A stretch of DNA of 64,000 nt from Eledone cirrhosa. Its lineage: Eukaryota. The translations under genes were made by a program, and so were the position numbers. Below are positions 11,826 through 27,100 of this stretch, in pieces. The stretch spans positions 24,379 to 88,378 of the forward strand of contig CAXHJY010000447.1 of the NCBI GenBank assembly GCA_964016885.1, given 5' to 3'. A model generated the notes under the pieces. The model saw nothing but the letters and a program-made list of their open reading frames with translations. It was not told the origin of the DNA and searched no databases. How positions within the stretch are numbered: position 1 is the stretch's first letter; every line of letters starts with the position of its first letter.

Positions 11826-14800
11826 GTACATGTGTTCCTGACTAACCTTTTTTCACTGTTTGTATATGCTCTGTAACTCAGCAGTTTGACAAAGAGATGT
11901 CAATAAAATAAGTACAGTGGTTAACATGATCAACTAAATTCCTATAATGGCTGTTGTTTAATGACATAATCAAGTAAAAGAAAAACTCTACTCAGATATT
12001 GCTGCCGTTGTTTAACAATAAGTCAGCGAAAATTGAGCAAACTAATGATAAAAGTTATTTCAACCTTGACCATCACATCTTTTCAGACATCTTATTTCAG
12101 GTTAAATAATCCACTATGTCTTATCATTCTTTTACAGGAAGGAACGAATGTAGAGTGTTATTTGAGAGAGATTTGCCTGTTATTTCTAACAGGTTGAACA
12201 GTCACATAGAGGCTCCCATATTGGTCCAATCTACTGAGATATATTTCTATAATACATTTATATAGTTGTTACTCACTTGAAGTTGTGATGCAATTTACCA
12301 TATAATTTATAGAGTAAAAAACAAATATTGAGCACTGTGCATATGACCAAGCTATAAGGTAAATTTCACATTATAACAGTTTATACATCAAAGATAAAAA
12401 GCATAAATAAGCAATGTAATGCTATTTCCCATTTTGAGAAAATAGAAAAACAAAAATCTTGTCTGGGTGATTAAATTTGGAGAAAATTAGATTGACATCA
12501 TATGTCTTTCATCGCATTTCAAGAGATTTCTAAAACTTAATATTATAACATGATTCCGAGAAAATAATGCTGCAATAATTGCATTCTGAAATTGGTTACC
12601 ACACAAAGGAATATTGTAGAATAGACAAGTTAGTTCCAGTCATACTGATTTTGCAACACAGTTTCATTACCTAGATGTAGGAATTTCATTTTATCTAAAT
12701 GGTTAATGCACTTAGAAAAGGTATAATCATCATAACTTTATAAGCTATCTCTATGAATCTGAGGCTCTGTTGCTATGAAAACAAAACACTTTGTGTACTC
12801 TGGATTGTTGAGGAAATGTCTCATTTTTAGTATTTTTGTAAACCAAATATTTCATGATAGTAAGGCTCAAGATTGGTCCCATCGACATTCAGGAATTTAA
12901 GAAGAAATTTTATCTAGATAGATATGGACAGAGGTTTGGCTCCGTTGTTAAAAAGTGTTTAACAACCACATAGACCTGGGTGTGATCCTACTGCTTATTA
13001 TCTTGGGTAAATATATTCTATAGTAGAAGCTGATAGATAGAAACTGTGAAGGAGCCCATCTTTTATATGTACTATGTATTAGATATGTGTATGCCAGTGA
13101 GGGATGTAAACGACAGTGAGCAATAAACAACAAAAAAAACAGGTTCATTTTAGATGAAGATTTTTGTTTTGCATCTGGTATTTCTTCATTGTCATAAATG
13201 CACTGATCTAATCAATGATTGTTCAGTGGAAACATGTAATTAGAATTGGTAACAGCTGCATCGTTGGTTACAGGGTAGTAGTAGGGCCATATTAACCCAT
13301 GGTTGAATCCCTAGGCTTTTACACATTTCCAGTACTCTCTAGCATTTCAATCTTTCCTCCTACTACAGCAAAAAAAAAAAGAAGACATTGAAAAGCCCCT
13401 AGGTTTCAAACTAATCAACATTATAAATAATAGTCCTGGTGAGTTGTCTATTACAAGTAACATTTTGTCAGAAATTCTGGTACATATTTATGACAGCAAG
13501 GATACTAAATCACATTGAATAAAGTGTTTTATATTTTTGCCTTTATTCTTTTTGAACAAAAAGCTCCAGTATTTCTTCATTTGTATTCCTCACTTGCTTT
13601 CAAATCTATTCTCAACATTGTTTTAAGTAATCTATGTGTGTATCTGGTTTTGTATAGATACGTCACATTCTTGTGTGTCACAAGAGGTGATGTTTGGTGT
13701 TAGTAAGGCTATCTGCTTGTAAAACGTTGTTTTCAAAATTACCTTATGAGTAGTATGAAGTCAATCAAAGGGCAACCATGAAGTCAATCGAAGTCACGTT
13801 TGCATTTCATCTATTTGAGGTCAATACAAAAGTATCAATCTAATACTGGGGTTGATTCTTCCTCTATGTTGCTTTCTCACTTCCATTCTCTTACTCTTTA
13901 TCCTTCTTTGGATGAAATCTGTTGTACATATTCAGACTTTGAGAGAAGATGGTCTCCACCATGTTTAAAATGCCATAGAAACCTATGACTCCCTAAGGGC
14001 TATGCATGCATGCACATAATCAACTGTGAGTTGTTAATATTTAACATTCAGCTAATACTGACATTGGCACAGTACTACACATTTTATTGAGAAGAATATT
14101 GTTGATTAACTCAAATGCATTATTTGAAAGGACATCAGAAAGACAAAAAGTATAGTTAACTTCTGTGAAATTTGAACTCAGAATGTAAAGAGAATTAACA
14201 TTGGTTTCTAATATTGTTCTTCAATAAGAGGTGCCATAAGAGGTAATTCCCGAGGCACTAATTCTGTAAATGTCATTTTCATTTCTCACCTATGGTACAT
14301 TATTTCACTTGTGTTGTTAATTGTCTTCAGATGTCATGTATATCATAATCCGGTCATATTTCTCTTTTGATACCAATCAAAAATATTTGCTAATAAACAC
14401 TGTTCTATTATAGAAAACTGTTTTTTCAATTGCACATACAGAATTCCAAGCGATAATATTTGTTAATTGCCTCATAGACCTTTCAACTTCCCTTAAACTA
14501 TAAACACTGAAATAGATTTTATGCCTGTTGGTTTACAAACAAGACATTACAATACATGTAAACCTTTTCAAACTATTCCTTTGATATCAATCTGAAACAA
14601 GAAATCAATACTAATTACTGCATGAGAGCTTATTGAAAATGTTATTGGTTACAGCATGGATTCTAAACCATTTAATAAATAAAACATAATGTAACTGTGG
14701 GAAGGAAGATATTTAATGAGTCTATAGGGAAATTAATAATTGTTGTTTTTTGGATATATTGTGATGGGAAACAAATAATTAATTAAACGCTTATAGCTAG

Positions 14801-15144
14801 TTGCTGTATATTAGTGAAGTATAATGGCTGGGAAGAAATTGTTTGATGTTTTTCATCTTGTCTCTAACAAAGTACTAGAAAATAAAGTACTATTCTTTCC
14901 TTCTTAGCTGATTTGTCTAATACTTGCAAAGGCAGCAATAGCACCAACATTTCTGCTAAATGTCTATATTTGCAGGATTATGTAACCTTTTATTGAAAAC
15001 AAGTGGTAACAATGTATAACACATATACACTCATAGAAATTTCTCATTTATTTATTTACATGTCTATACCTGTATATTTATTTCATCGAGACTTGCAAAT
15101 GTAGGATCAGTCAGATGGAATTTGCAAATGAGATGGAACTTCTT

Positions 15145-15400
15145 AATTCATCAGAAGGTGATCTCTGACATGTACTTGATAGGTTTGCTGCTGACTGCTG
15201 AAAATAAGTGCTACAAAAACTGAAACACTCATCTTCTCAAAGAAGCATACAGAGTGCACTCTACATGTCATGAGAGTTCTATTGAAGCAGGTGAAGAAGT
15301 TCATACCTCTCAGAGCCATGTTCATGGGTGATGGAAGACTGGAGTAGAATTATATACAAGAATTGCAAGAGTCGGTGCAGTAATGTTCCAGCTTCAGCAT
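15145..15400 (+). pseudogene. Degenerate RTE RT C-terminal fragment
   Basis: SSEGDL*HVLDRFAADC/KISATKTETLIFS...LKQVKKF...DGRLE.E...RIAR. Confidence 0.55.
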
Positions 15401-15664
15401 TCGGCAATCAGGGAGGTAGGTGTAAAAGCCAAACTAACTATCTTCAGTTTGGTATTTGTGACAACAAACTATGATCAAATATTAGTTTTATATGTATTTT
15501 ATTGATGAATGCACATATTTTATTATACAAAGCATATAATAAATTTATAGTAGAATAACATAACAAATATGTTTTAAATATATACATAAATAACATTACA
15601 AATGCTTAGATAACATTATAAATTGCACGTGATTCCTTCAGAAAGATATATTCTTTTAATGTTG

Positions 15665-17310
15665 CAATATTAAAGAAAATGTAAAGGAAGGGGTGAACAA
15701 TCAAGCAAACACCAGAGCAAAAGACAGCAGCATTGCGAGGAGTACAAGGCAACTTCCCTAATGATTTTTGAGGCAAGCCAGCACACTCGCAGCATTGCCT
15801 CAGGTGATGGAAAAGCTAATGCATTGGAACAACCAAGCGCCCTCGCGAAATTCGAAGAGAGGAATCTCGCAGTCAGCGGCTCAACTCCCCCAAATGTCTC
15901 AAAAACCACAGTATTTGAGGGTCTTACTCTGCTCGGCTGCAGAAGCTGTGGCTCTCATCCAAATCGCAGCATCCAGGATGTGGGAAGAAGTAAAAGAGTT
16001 ACTAACAGTGACGTCCCAGACAACACACCTGCCTCTCGACCAGGGGCATAAGGTAAGGCCATCAGGTTTTTGCCGTCACTTCTGGACAACCAAGATGGTT
16101 CTAAGATTGAAGGGATGTTCGCCTGGGCTAAAGCTCTCTTGAGAATGAGGTTTAGCTCTGTGTTACGTGCAAAGTGGCTGGCATTCAGGCAGCAAGAAAG
16201 ACTGTGGAGGCCTGCGGACTCAAGGAGTTTGCCGCATTGGCACCTCAAACCCATGCAGATGTCAGCTCCCACTCTGAGGGCGATGGAGACACGAAGTTCA
16301 TCCAGGCTGAGTAGGCCACCAACGTTGGCCACAGGTCGGGCATCAACTCAGTCACCTGAGTATTTGGTGCTGGCAGATAGTAAGCATCACCTTGCAAACT
16401 GATCCGACTGGATGAAGAAGGAGTCGAAGGTGGCCTTCAAACTTATGCTGTCCCAAGTTCTCTGACTTCGACTGTCCTCCATCTTCTCAGGAAGAGACAA
16501 GCCCAACTCGCACCATTGCTGGAGAGCTTCACGCCACTCCCTGTTGGAACTAGTCCATGTTGGAGAGGAGAGGATGCTGCTCACCAGGGTGGAGCAAGCG
16601 TGGGTGGAGGAAAGGAAGCAGGGGAGAGAGAAGGACGAACACTTACAAAGACCAAGACCCCCAAATCACTTGGGCAACCCAGCCTGATCGTGGGACTCTG
16701 GAGAGAGTCTCACATTGACCAGGCACTCGAGTCTCTCGAAGATTAGGTTGTCGAAGCATTGGAAGCAGGACGGAAATCTGTGAGAGGGGCTGACCTTGAG
16801 CAGATAGAGAAGCTTAGGAATAGACAGGTAGTTCCTGAGTATAAAGAAACCTTGATGGGGTTCGATAACTTCAATATTCTTCAGCAGCTGCTCAAGGCCA
16901 ACCATCTTCGATTGGAAGATTGACTCAAAGGCAAGGTCTGTGATTGGTGCTCCTAAGGAGCACCAAGCTGACAGGGGAGGGACCGCGATGGAAGAGAAGG
17001 ACTCTGCAAACAGGTCGATTAGCTGTTGGTGTTGAGAAGCCGGGTGGTTGAGGATCAAGAGCTCACATTTGGAGCTATTGACCTGGAGACCCCGGTGGCC
17101 AAGTTCCCTAACCATTTTGTTGGCAGTGGCGAGAACCATATCCAGAGTTCTCCCCATACAAGCATCGTCAGGGTACCAGACATTGAGGTCCAACTCAACC
17201 CCCATGTTGGTGACATCATCAATGCCCAGTGCAAACAGAATGGGCCCGAGTGGGTCACCCTGTTGGACTCCTGAGGCAGAGGTGATGAATTGTGGAAATG
17301 TTCAGAATAC
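15665..17310 (-). mobile_element. CRE-clade-like non-LTR retrotransposon, 5'-truncated and frameshifted (RT plus REL endonuclease)
   Basis: SGVQQGDPLGPILFAL, LNVWYPDD (WYLDD-like), CQCG...HSLSC zinc knuckle, PDGLTLCPWSRGRCVVWDVT, VFETFG, GNAA: the motif series typical of CRE elements. Confidence 0.85.
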
Positions 17311-18399
17311 TAACCGTTCAATGCATGAATTCAATATAGTTGTATATATATTCTTCTATTTATTATTATTTTTGAAGTGGATCATATATTTTATTCAATT
17401 AATCCATTTAAATACAGTTGGAATTAAAGATGATGGTAGTGATGACACTATTTTATTTAAAGGTAAAGGATATGTGTTTATTTCTAATATGAAAATAGAA
17501 GAGAATTCTTACAAATTATGTTAGTATCATTGCATTGCATTTTCTCACATGGAATAGCAAACCACAGCACTAATATATGCATCAATCGATATCACCTTCC
17601 CAAAGAAGTCAAGGAGTTGGCATCAGACTGAAACACACTCCAACTCAAAATCTTGTGTGCAATTTCCTCCCTTGATAATGCTTGTAGTCATCTTGACATG
17701 GTTACGAGAGACACTCACACCATCGAACATGCAGTGATTGGTAAGAAAGAGCTCTCAATAAAACCAAATGTCTTTTCATTGAACATTACTGTCAAACAAC
17801 AGTCTTTCTTTCAAGCCTTCATGTTATTCAGTTAAATTTCTACAGATTGTTAACCATGAAATGGTATTGATACACTCATACAGACACACACTCATATATA
17901 CATACATACAAAATTGTGCAATGTAAAACATTCCAAATATTCTGCATGTACACATGTACAGATACAAAACATATGCATATGCACATATAACTCAAAACAT
18001 CTACATCCAAATATACAATAACATCCTTACCTGCACACATGCAGACATTCTGACATATCTACCTAGTTGATGTTGTCTAAATTCCAATGAAAGAGTCTTG
18101 TGTCTATGTTAGAAACTGACTATCTCTCTATTAATAAAAATTTATAAAATCATAAAACAAGAAGAACATACATACAGATATGTATATATAAATTACACAT
18201 TGTTACTATTGGTTCCATATATGTGTAGTATCTCAGACAATTTTCAGATGATATAGAATTAATACCTAATCATCATCATCTTTGCAACCACAGTCAAACA
18301 TTCCTGACAAAGTCTCTCCACAATTCACAATTTCCCATTGCTACTGGCAAGTGCTCCTTACTGAAGATTGCTCTACTGTGTCTCATGTGAGTTGATTCC

Positions 18400-19400
18400 C
18401 ACGATTGTGACTTGTGTATAATTTCCTGCTTACTTCTTCAGCAATGTCCTGTAAATTGTAACCATCTTTGAGCCATTGTAGTTGTTATCTTGGGCACATT
18501 TCCATATAAATTTTAATTTGCAATATGTTGTCACCATTTCATGTTTGTACAGCCCTAAGCTCAGGAACTTCTTCATAAAGTTGGATAATCTGCCAGGCAA
18601 ATTACTCTACACATAAATGTTACCAAGACAGAATACATTTCACTAAATCAAGAAGATGGAAATCTTGGCACACTAGATGGTGGAATACAGTGATGCATCT
18701 TTCTATGATGTGGATGCAGAAATTCTGGACCTTGATGACATGGCCAAAGTATTGTAGCTTTCACTTCCTTATGGTCACAGCCACCTGCCTCTCTGTTCCC
18801 ATCTACTCAAGGACTAGCTTGTCATTTTTGTGGTCCATCCAGCTGATATATTTTCTTGCCTGTAACATGCTCTCTCAAATAACATCAGTTTCTTAATATT
18901 AGTGGTTTTCAGTGTCCAGGTGTGTAGCCATACAGTGCTGTCAGCCACATTAGTGTCTCCAGAAGATTCAGCTTAAAGCTCTTGTAAAGAATGTGATCTT
19001 TCCAAAAGGTGTTGAAGGACCTAAATGCAGATGTTGCTTTCCCTTGTCAAGTTTGATTTTATGACTCCCATTTGCTGTTTAATCTATGATGGATTCCCAG
19101 TACTTGAGTTTTTCACCAACAGCTAATCGACCTGTTTGCAGAGTCCTTCTCTTCCATCGCGATCCCTCCTCCATTGGCTAGGTGCTCCTTAGGAGCACCA
19201 ATCACAGACCTTGCCTTTGAGTCAATCTTCCAATCGAAGATGGTTGGCCTTGAGCAGCTGCTGAAGAATATTGAAGTTACTATATGACATTGAATGCCTA
19301 ACTGCACTGGTCTCTTTTTTGATGCCATAACTCTCGTCTTCCTGCTGTTGATTTCAAGCTGATACTCACCAGAGACCCTTTCTACCTCGTCAAGCTGTTA
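18400..19400 (-). pseudogene. Decayed RTE-like RT C-terminal region interrupted by a CRE-derived insert
   Basis: Minus strand shows KYLGSII, GKATSAF, ALYGYTPWT-like motifs with frameshifts. Confidence 0.55.
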
Positions 19401-19989
19401 GGAAGAACAACATTTTGTCACATATTGTTATCTTCCTCCATGTTTTAATACTTATCATTTTCTGCTTATTTCCATAGATAGATAACCATTAAAATATACC
19501 AAACAAATATACATTAAAGTATATTTATAATACTTTATCAATGAGAATGAAAATGGAAGAATAAATAAGATGGTGATTGTGGTGTGTAAGTTGTCTTATA
19601 GATATTGGCTGGTGATTATAAAGAATAAGAATATGAGATATGTGGGTTCTGCTTTTATAATTCAACTTGGCAATGTCATAAGAAGAAAGACCTGTTGTTC
19701 TGCAGCAAGCTGGCAGTTTTGTCCTAGCATGATGCTATTTTACATCACAAAGTCCTTAATACAATCAATCTATATATTCCTAGTTTTCTTTTTGGCCTTT
19801 TAGCCAAATAAGTTTGTGATATACACACGATGGACTAGTTGTTAGGTTGGCATTCTCTTGATGTGTCTGGACAACTGTACTCATGGCTGTTCTATGTGAT
19901 GATGTACTGGTGCTCTCCCCACCATCTTTCTGATTTCATCAACGCTATTTATATCTTGTCTAGTATTTTGAATTGAAAATATCTTGCTT

Positions 19990-20480
19990 AGGATGTGGTT
20001 GTGCCTAGTAACTATCTTTTGCTCTGCATGGGATGGTGTAAGTGCTTTTTATGTTTTATATCCTTTTTTTACCATAGCTAGAGTACCAACAATTATCAGT
20101 ACCACTTTTCCTTTGATATAACTAATTTGGAAACCATTTTAATTTGTTGTTTAGAATTATTTTACTGTGATTATTAGGTCTTAAGGGATCAAGATATGTA
20201 TAAGGATACATAAATTATTTTCGTTCTTACTAATAATTATATCTTGACAATTTTCCTTCATCTTTTGTCAATATGGATAAGGTATATCTGAAATCAAAGT
20301 TTGTTTCCTGTTGACTCCATAACTAAGTTTTTACATTAGTTTTGGCATATTGCTTATTGTACATAACTGCCAACTCTTTGTGTTTGTGTGGTATGTAATA
20401 TATATTCTGACACTGTAAGGTTTAGATAGCCAGAAATGATGTGGTGAATTCTTGACTGTGCTGATTGCATAGCCAGCAGT
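19990..20480 (-). pseudogene. Decayed R4/Dong-like zinc knuckle/REL fragment
   Basis: Minus strand C.LC...IHHIISG and IIVGTLAMV-like segments. Confidence 0.45.
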
Positions 20481-22442
20481 TAAAGTTGTTATTTTGTTTA
20501 GCCCTTGGTAAACTCTTTTTAAACAGACTCATGATCAAAACCATTCCAGCTGTGATTGTACCATCTTTTTAGGAGCATGTCTATGACTACATTATCTAAT
20601 TTGTTCTTTCCTCATTCAAGGCTTTATGCTATAGCTTGAGGAAAATTAAGCTGCTATTTCTAACAAGTCGAGCAGTCACATAGGAGCTCCCAAGTTGACG
20701 TGTATTTTACTTTTTATTTTTTATTGTTTACTTATACATATATTTATATATATATATATATTTTTTTTTGTAGATTGATCTTAGACCTTCTTTTCTTCTA
20801 TTGGTCTATGCTGACTTACGTTCTTTATATCAAGGCCTATAAAGATGATTTTTCTCTTAAATAATATTGTTGTCAATAGTTGGTAGCTTTACAAAATTTT
20901 GCCAAACTCAAGGAAGAAAGCAAAATTGAAATAAGTATGAAATTAATAAATTATTTATAAATGTTAGAATGACTGGATTAGTGTTTAAAAGGCTTGATAA
21001 AATAATTGTAAGTGAAGTAAAGAATTAATTCATTGTTCTTTGTCTCTGCTTGAGAATTTCTATATTCTTGAATAGTGACAAAGTTGAATTATATTGTCAT
21101 AAATTTTATCTCATCGTACATTTATATATCAAAATCAGGTCTATGGAAAGTTGTCAGTTTGGTTGGGTGGTGTTGGCTTTATGTAGAATACTGGCACTGT
21201 AAATTTTTTTTGGGGGGTGGGGTGGGGTGGGGGGGTATTTTGTATAAAATACTGGTAAGCTTGGTGATGAAGCCGGTATATGGCCAATTAAACTGCTAAA
21301 AATAGCAGCTAAATATCCCTCAAATTGCACTTTACAATCTTAAAAATAGATACATAGAGAGAATGTATTGCAAGATATATGGAAAAGGATATTCACAGCC
21401 TTTGGTCATAGATCTGCTTAATTACAGTAGAAGTTTCAAAAATATTTAGAAATAATATTTTGCCACAAATATGACAGTCATGTAGTTTGTCTCCTGTGTG
21501 AATGCAATTAAGAGTAATTAAGGAAATTTCTTTAGAGAATAATTTATCACAAACCTCAAAGTGATACGTTTGTCATGTTCTATTATTGTGTAGGTTGTGA
21601 TGCATTACATTATCTTAGCATAATCTATATTTATATTACATGTGTGGTTAAAGATATTCTGTTACTTCTGTTAAACTGTCTCCCATGCTATTCATTTTGA
21701 CTAAGACACAAGATTGCTTTTCCACTATCTTTGGTAAGCTGATTTTATGACATTATGTGATGGGTAAAGTTTGGTAGTAAAGAAAGCCTTTATAAACTTT
21801 TACGTATTTGGCTCCAATCAATTTCTGGCTAACTTGTTTGTTTGTGCTGTTATTTTGACTTAGTTATGCAGAGAGATTGTCCATCATTGTGTGCTCCCAC
21901 TTGGTTAAGCAGCATTGTCAAATTGCTTTCATGTTTATTTTGTAATTCCAAAGATTCTGTGAATTACATTGCTAGATGAAAACTCAGGAAATTGATAGGT
22001 ATAAAATATTCATAAAAGTTTAATCAATACCCAAGTAAACTGGAAATGCTAAAACCTTTCCCTTATAAAACTGTTTACCAAACTTATCAATCCAATTCAA
22101 CAAATCTTATTCATCAAATGTTGTACTCTAATTGAACACAAATGCTATAAAGTTATGATGATATCAGTATAGTTCTAAATCAGCCTTGATAAAGCAGATC
22201 TTTGATTAAAAGTGTTCCATTTCTAGCCATCCCATTTTAAATTTTAACCACAGTTTCCTTCATTTCTTTTTATGGTGGTTGGATGAAGTTTGAGAGTAAT
22301 ACTAGGAAAATGCTAATCAAAATTTAAAAGCACTTTTCTTCACTTTATATCCTTTAGTATGACCAAAAATTCAAAAGTGAAACTTTACAAGTGGCTATTT
22401 GAATATGTTGGTAGGAAATAAAATATTGATAGACTTTTAAAC

Positions 22443-22592
22443 CTCCACCTACAGTTGGTACTCATTTTTAGCTGAGTATACTGGAGTAATGTGAAATAAA
22501 GTGATTTGCTCAAGATCACAATCCAGTCCTGGAATCGAACCCACAACATTATGTTTACAAGTCTAACACCTTTACTATTAGGCTACGTGCCT
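22443..22592 (-). mobile_element. CORE-type tRNA SINE
   Basis: Minus strand GTAGCCTAATAG (A box), GGTTCGATTCC (B box), TGATCTTGAGCAAATCACT core. Confidence 0.7.
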
Positions 22593-23810
22593 CGACAAAA
22601 CAAGGAAAATTTAATAGAAAATAAATAACTTTGTAGACTTAGCATCTTTTGGAAATAACGTTTGAAGGATATCGTCAGCTATTTGTTGCTAACTATCATT
22701 TTATCTGTGGTGAAGTTCCAATTTGTCCATGGTAGCAGGTAGGCCATGGCAGGATTTTAATTCTGAATACAAAGAATCTGAAAACATAATGTAATATATC
22801 CCATTTGACATTGTAATGATTCTGTTCAATTAATGGATTCAGTTCCACTGTGTGGTATTTGGGGAAAGTGTCTTTCAATATAGGTTTAGATTGGTCAAGG
22901 CTGTTTGAATGAAATTTAGTAGATGGAAGCTGTCTATCAAGTTATGTGTGTATGAATCCATCTGTATTTATGTTTAATGTATGTTTATGTCTTCTAATTT
23001 AGTAGTTTGGCCAATAGAGATCAATATAATTTATACAAGACATTAAAAAATGAGTACTTTAATCACTATATGATTAGTGAATTTCCTTCAAGGCAGTATC
23101 CCTACATGACCACAATCAAATGACTGAAACAAGTAAAAGGAAAAAAAAATAATACTGATGCTCACACATTTATAAATAGCAACAAACCTGAAATGGCTTT
23201 TTATGAATTCTAAATGGATATTTATCTTATTTATTTCATTATTGCATTTATTTAAATAATTACTATCATAGTATTTCAGTTAACACATCTTTAATGTATG
23301 TGTTACTAGGTGTATGAGAGCACAAGAAAATGATCAGCTCTTTACAAGTTATTGCAAGTTGTGGTTTGTTTTTCTTTCCGATTTGAATCAATTTAGCATT
23401 CTAATTTATCACTAATGTCTTTGTAAATATATGAAGATCAAATAATCTTATCAGAGCTTGTGAGAGAAATATGAGAGTGTGTAGGAGACACAGCATTGAT
23501 GAATATATCTCAATTGATTTCAACAACTAAACAATTTAGTTTCTTGTCTAATTTAATTATTGTCATCTTGATTAGTGTTTACTTTATAATTTATTAAAAT
23601 CTCCTTCCTTATTCTTCATCAATATGTTGTTTCAGTCACATTTTTTTGTTTAAATATATCATTTCTGTGATGTAAAGAAAGATAAATATATATGCACTTC
23701 ACTTAAGTATGTATGTTCGAGTGTTTGTGCATAATTATGTGTGAGTGTTTGAATGTAACTGAGTGTATCAAATATTGGTAGCTGACATGACATTCAACAT
23801 TAGTGGATAT

Positions 23811-24140
23811 AGGCATGACCCAGTGGTTATCAATTTTGCTTTGCAATCAAAAGGTCCCAGGTTCGATTCTATTGTGTGACATATTGGGCAAGTGTCTTTT
23901 ACTATAACTTCAGATTGATTCAAGTATTGGGAGTGAAATTACATAGCTAGAAACTGCACAGAAGCTCATAGGATGAATTGTATCTATAATGCAAAGGTTA
24001 AATATGTCACTCTGATTGAGACTGAAAAGTAAATTAAGGGGACACATGACTGTGAAACACTCAACCGTTTACACATTAATTCAACAAAAAGATATTCCAT
24101 TGAAAGATATTCCATTGAAAGATATTCCTCATTGAAACTG
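23811..24140 (+). mobile_element. Degenerate CORE-type SINE (similar copies at ~22820-23140, ~24310-24600, ~26822-26985)
   Basis: GGCATGACCCAGTGGTTA (A box), GGTTCGATTC (B box), TTGGGCAAGTGTCTT core. Confidence 0.6.
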
Positions 24141-27100
24141 ATGAAGAATCAATCATCATTAGTCATTTCACTTATTTATGAACATATAGAAATTATTATT
24201 ATCATATTTGAAATCTAAGTTAAATATAATGAATGAGATGTTTCGAAATTTCATGTGAGGTTCCTGAATAACTTTTTATAACAAATTTCCTATACATTAT
24301 TTATGGTTGCAGCATGGCTAAATTGTTAAGAAGTTCTCTTTATAATCAGGAGTTACTGAATTTAGTTACTGTATGGTATTTTGAGTAAGTGTCTTTTCCC
24401 TAAACCAATGAAATTGGATAGACAGAAAATGTTTGAAAGCCTGTTGGATGGGCTCTACTTATAAATTCAAAACACTAGCCATGTCACACACTATTTCACA
24501 CTGAATGTCTCTGAGAATGACATGCACATATCTGTGAAATATTCAGCCACTTATATAGTAATTTAACAGGTAGGCTGTTCTATTAACTGGGAAGCTACAA
24601 CATTCAGTGTCAACACTGAGGGAAGTCCATATATATATATTTTGCTATACATTAAAATAATTCCGGTTGTTATCATTTGAAATGTTACCAGGTGCTCACT
24701 GTACTCTACTAGCTGCATATTACAGGCAATTGACAGTCAACATAAGCATTCTATTGGTGTATTGGAGTAGCGTATGAGCAACACTTACCTAGGAGTGCTT
24801 CTAAGTGACAGCATGGGAGTCTGATTAGTTTCTCGTGATCTCACTTTTTGACTCGTGTGTGTAATAGTGAAAACTTTCATGTACTGCATATGTTTTTGTT
24901 TGTAATAATTTTTATGACATACCAAGCATCATCTATTGACACATTTGATAATGTAGTGTTTGATATATTCCACATAAACAGATGGAATGATGGTCACAAC
25001 TGGAATGCTTTTCATCTTAGGTCTTCTTGTTCAGAGATGACCTGGACCTAAAAGTTAACAACTGAAATATTCTATGGTATAAATGTCCCCATTTTTGTGT
25101 ATTCATGGGGACATTGCCAATAATGTTCACAAACATCATGTATTGCAGATATTTTTAACAAGGTTGACCAGCACAAGGAAATCAACATACATCGGATGAT
25201 AAATAAAAATGATGTTGATGGTGCTGTTATCCTAATATAGCTAACTATAGCTAATCAGCCCTCAGGTATTGCAGACATTGATGCAAACATTATATCAAAA
25301 GTATTCCAGACATGACTATGCAGTCTTTATTTATACCAGGAGCTAAATTGTCTAATATATTCTTCTATATTTAAGATGATAGAATTTGATGTGGCTGGTA
25401 TTTATAGCAAGCAATTAAACCCTATAGTAACTTCCTTGTTGATAATGGTGATAATAAGAATGATATAAATATATTCCGTGTATAAACATGCATATACTCA
25501 TTCAGGCTTGATCAAAATTCATATAAGTAAAGTTATTGAACCAAGTAAGTTAAGATTACTCATGGTTTCTTCTCAGATTGTATGTATGTGTGTGTATATG
25601 TGTGTATGTGTGTGTACATATGTGTGTATGAATGAATGTATAGTTGTATGTGTGTATGTATGTACATATGCATGTACATTCAACAGTATGATACAACCTG
25701 ATCATTCTAATCAACATCAAATTATTCACAGAACCCATGTGAGAACAGAGTTTACAATTTAGAAGTTGCTTTTCTTCTCACAGATATATCACTCCACTTT
25801 TCACTGTAGCTAACGAACCCTATCCATCTCTCTCCAGAATAGATGCTTTGATAAAGACTAAAGATTTCATGTAGTTTTACAAGCTTGATTATTTAACAAT
25901 GCAGGTATTTCTATGTTCCTGCATACTATTGCTATATAGACCCCATGCTGTGTTCATTTGTCCAGTAGGCTGTCTTGCTTTTGCCTTGCTAGATTTCTAG
26001 TAGCCATCCCCTTTTGTGTACTTAGTGATGGTACTGGATTGCATGCTACTCAAGGTAACCTCAATAAAAAAAATTGATTACATCCAATGCATACTACTCG
26101 AATAGTAAACAAACTTCCACTCATATTAGCATGTCAGTGTCTGGGTATCCACAGAATCTTTTACTCTTCACATAATTCAAAGTAATATTCATCATGACAC
26201 ATAGTGTGATAAGGTTAACACTGAATTAAAAGTACAGTCTATCCAAACAGTTCCAGTCTTCCCACTTCCTTTTCAAGTCTTAGTTTAATCCATGTAAGAA
26301 AATACTTCACAAAGATACATCAAGTGAGATCAAACCAGCAACCTCATGGTTGTGATATAAACTTCTCAATCATTCAGTCATGCTGACTCCATTGCTCCTA
26401 TTTTGGGTTTAAATGTAACACATTAACATAAAGCAAACTTTTTATCTTAGTGAAAATAACAATTATATGTAAAGACATTTTAACTTTTGCTAAACTATCC
26501 CTGATCTAGTTTTCTTTGAACATTTGAACATCACTGACTTTCAAGAAAACTCTGCAAAAAGCAATTTAAAATGGCAAATTAATGTAAATTAATGATGTTG
26601 TTTAATGATAGCTTCTTTTATCTTTCTAGTTTGTGTTTCTCAAATATTAATGTGCCTACTGAAAATATTATTATGTAAAAGAAAATGCTAGAAAATATAC
26701 ATTATTTGAGAATCAATAGAAAAAATAGGATTGGTTGCTATATTCAAAACAATTTTCTTTGATTTTGTATGACAAAAGCAAAAGAAATATATGTACACAC
26801 CCAACGCCATACACTGACAGGTGCAAGCATGACGATGTGGTTAAGAAGTTCACATCACAACTACATTACTTCTGTTTCAATCCAACTAACATGAACCTTG
26901 GTCAAGTGTCTTTTGCTATAGCTTTGGGCCAACAAATGACTTATGAGTGTAATTAGTAGATAGAAAGTACACAGATGCCTGCCATATATATATATATATA
27001 AGTCTGTGTGTGTGTGTGTATTTCTCTCCATGTTTGTTTTACCTTCTATTGGAGCATGTAGAAACTAACAGAAAAGAAAAAGAACGGTGTAAAGCATTAA

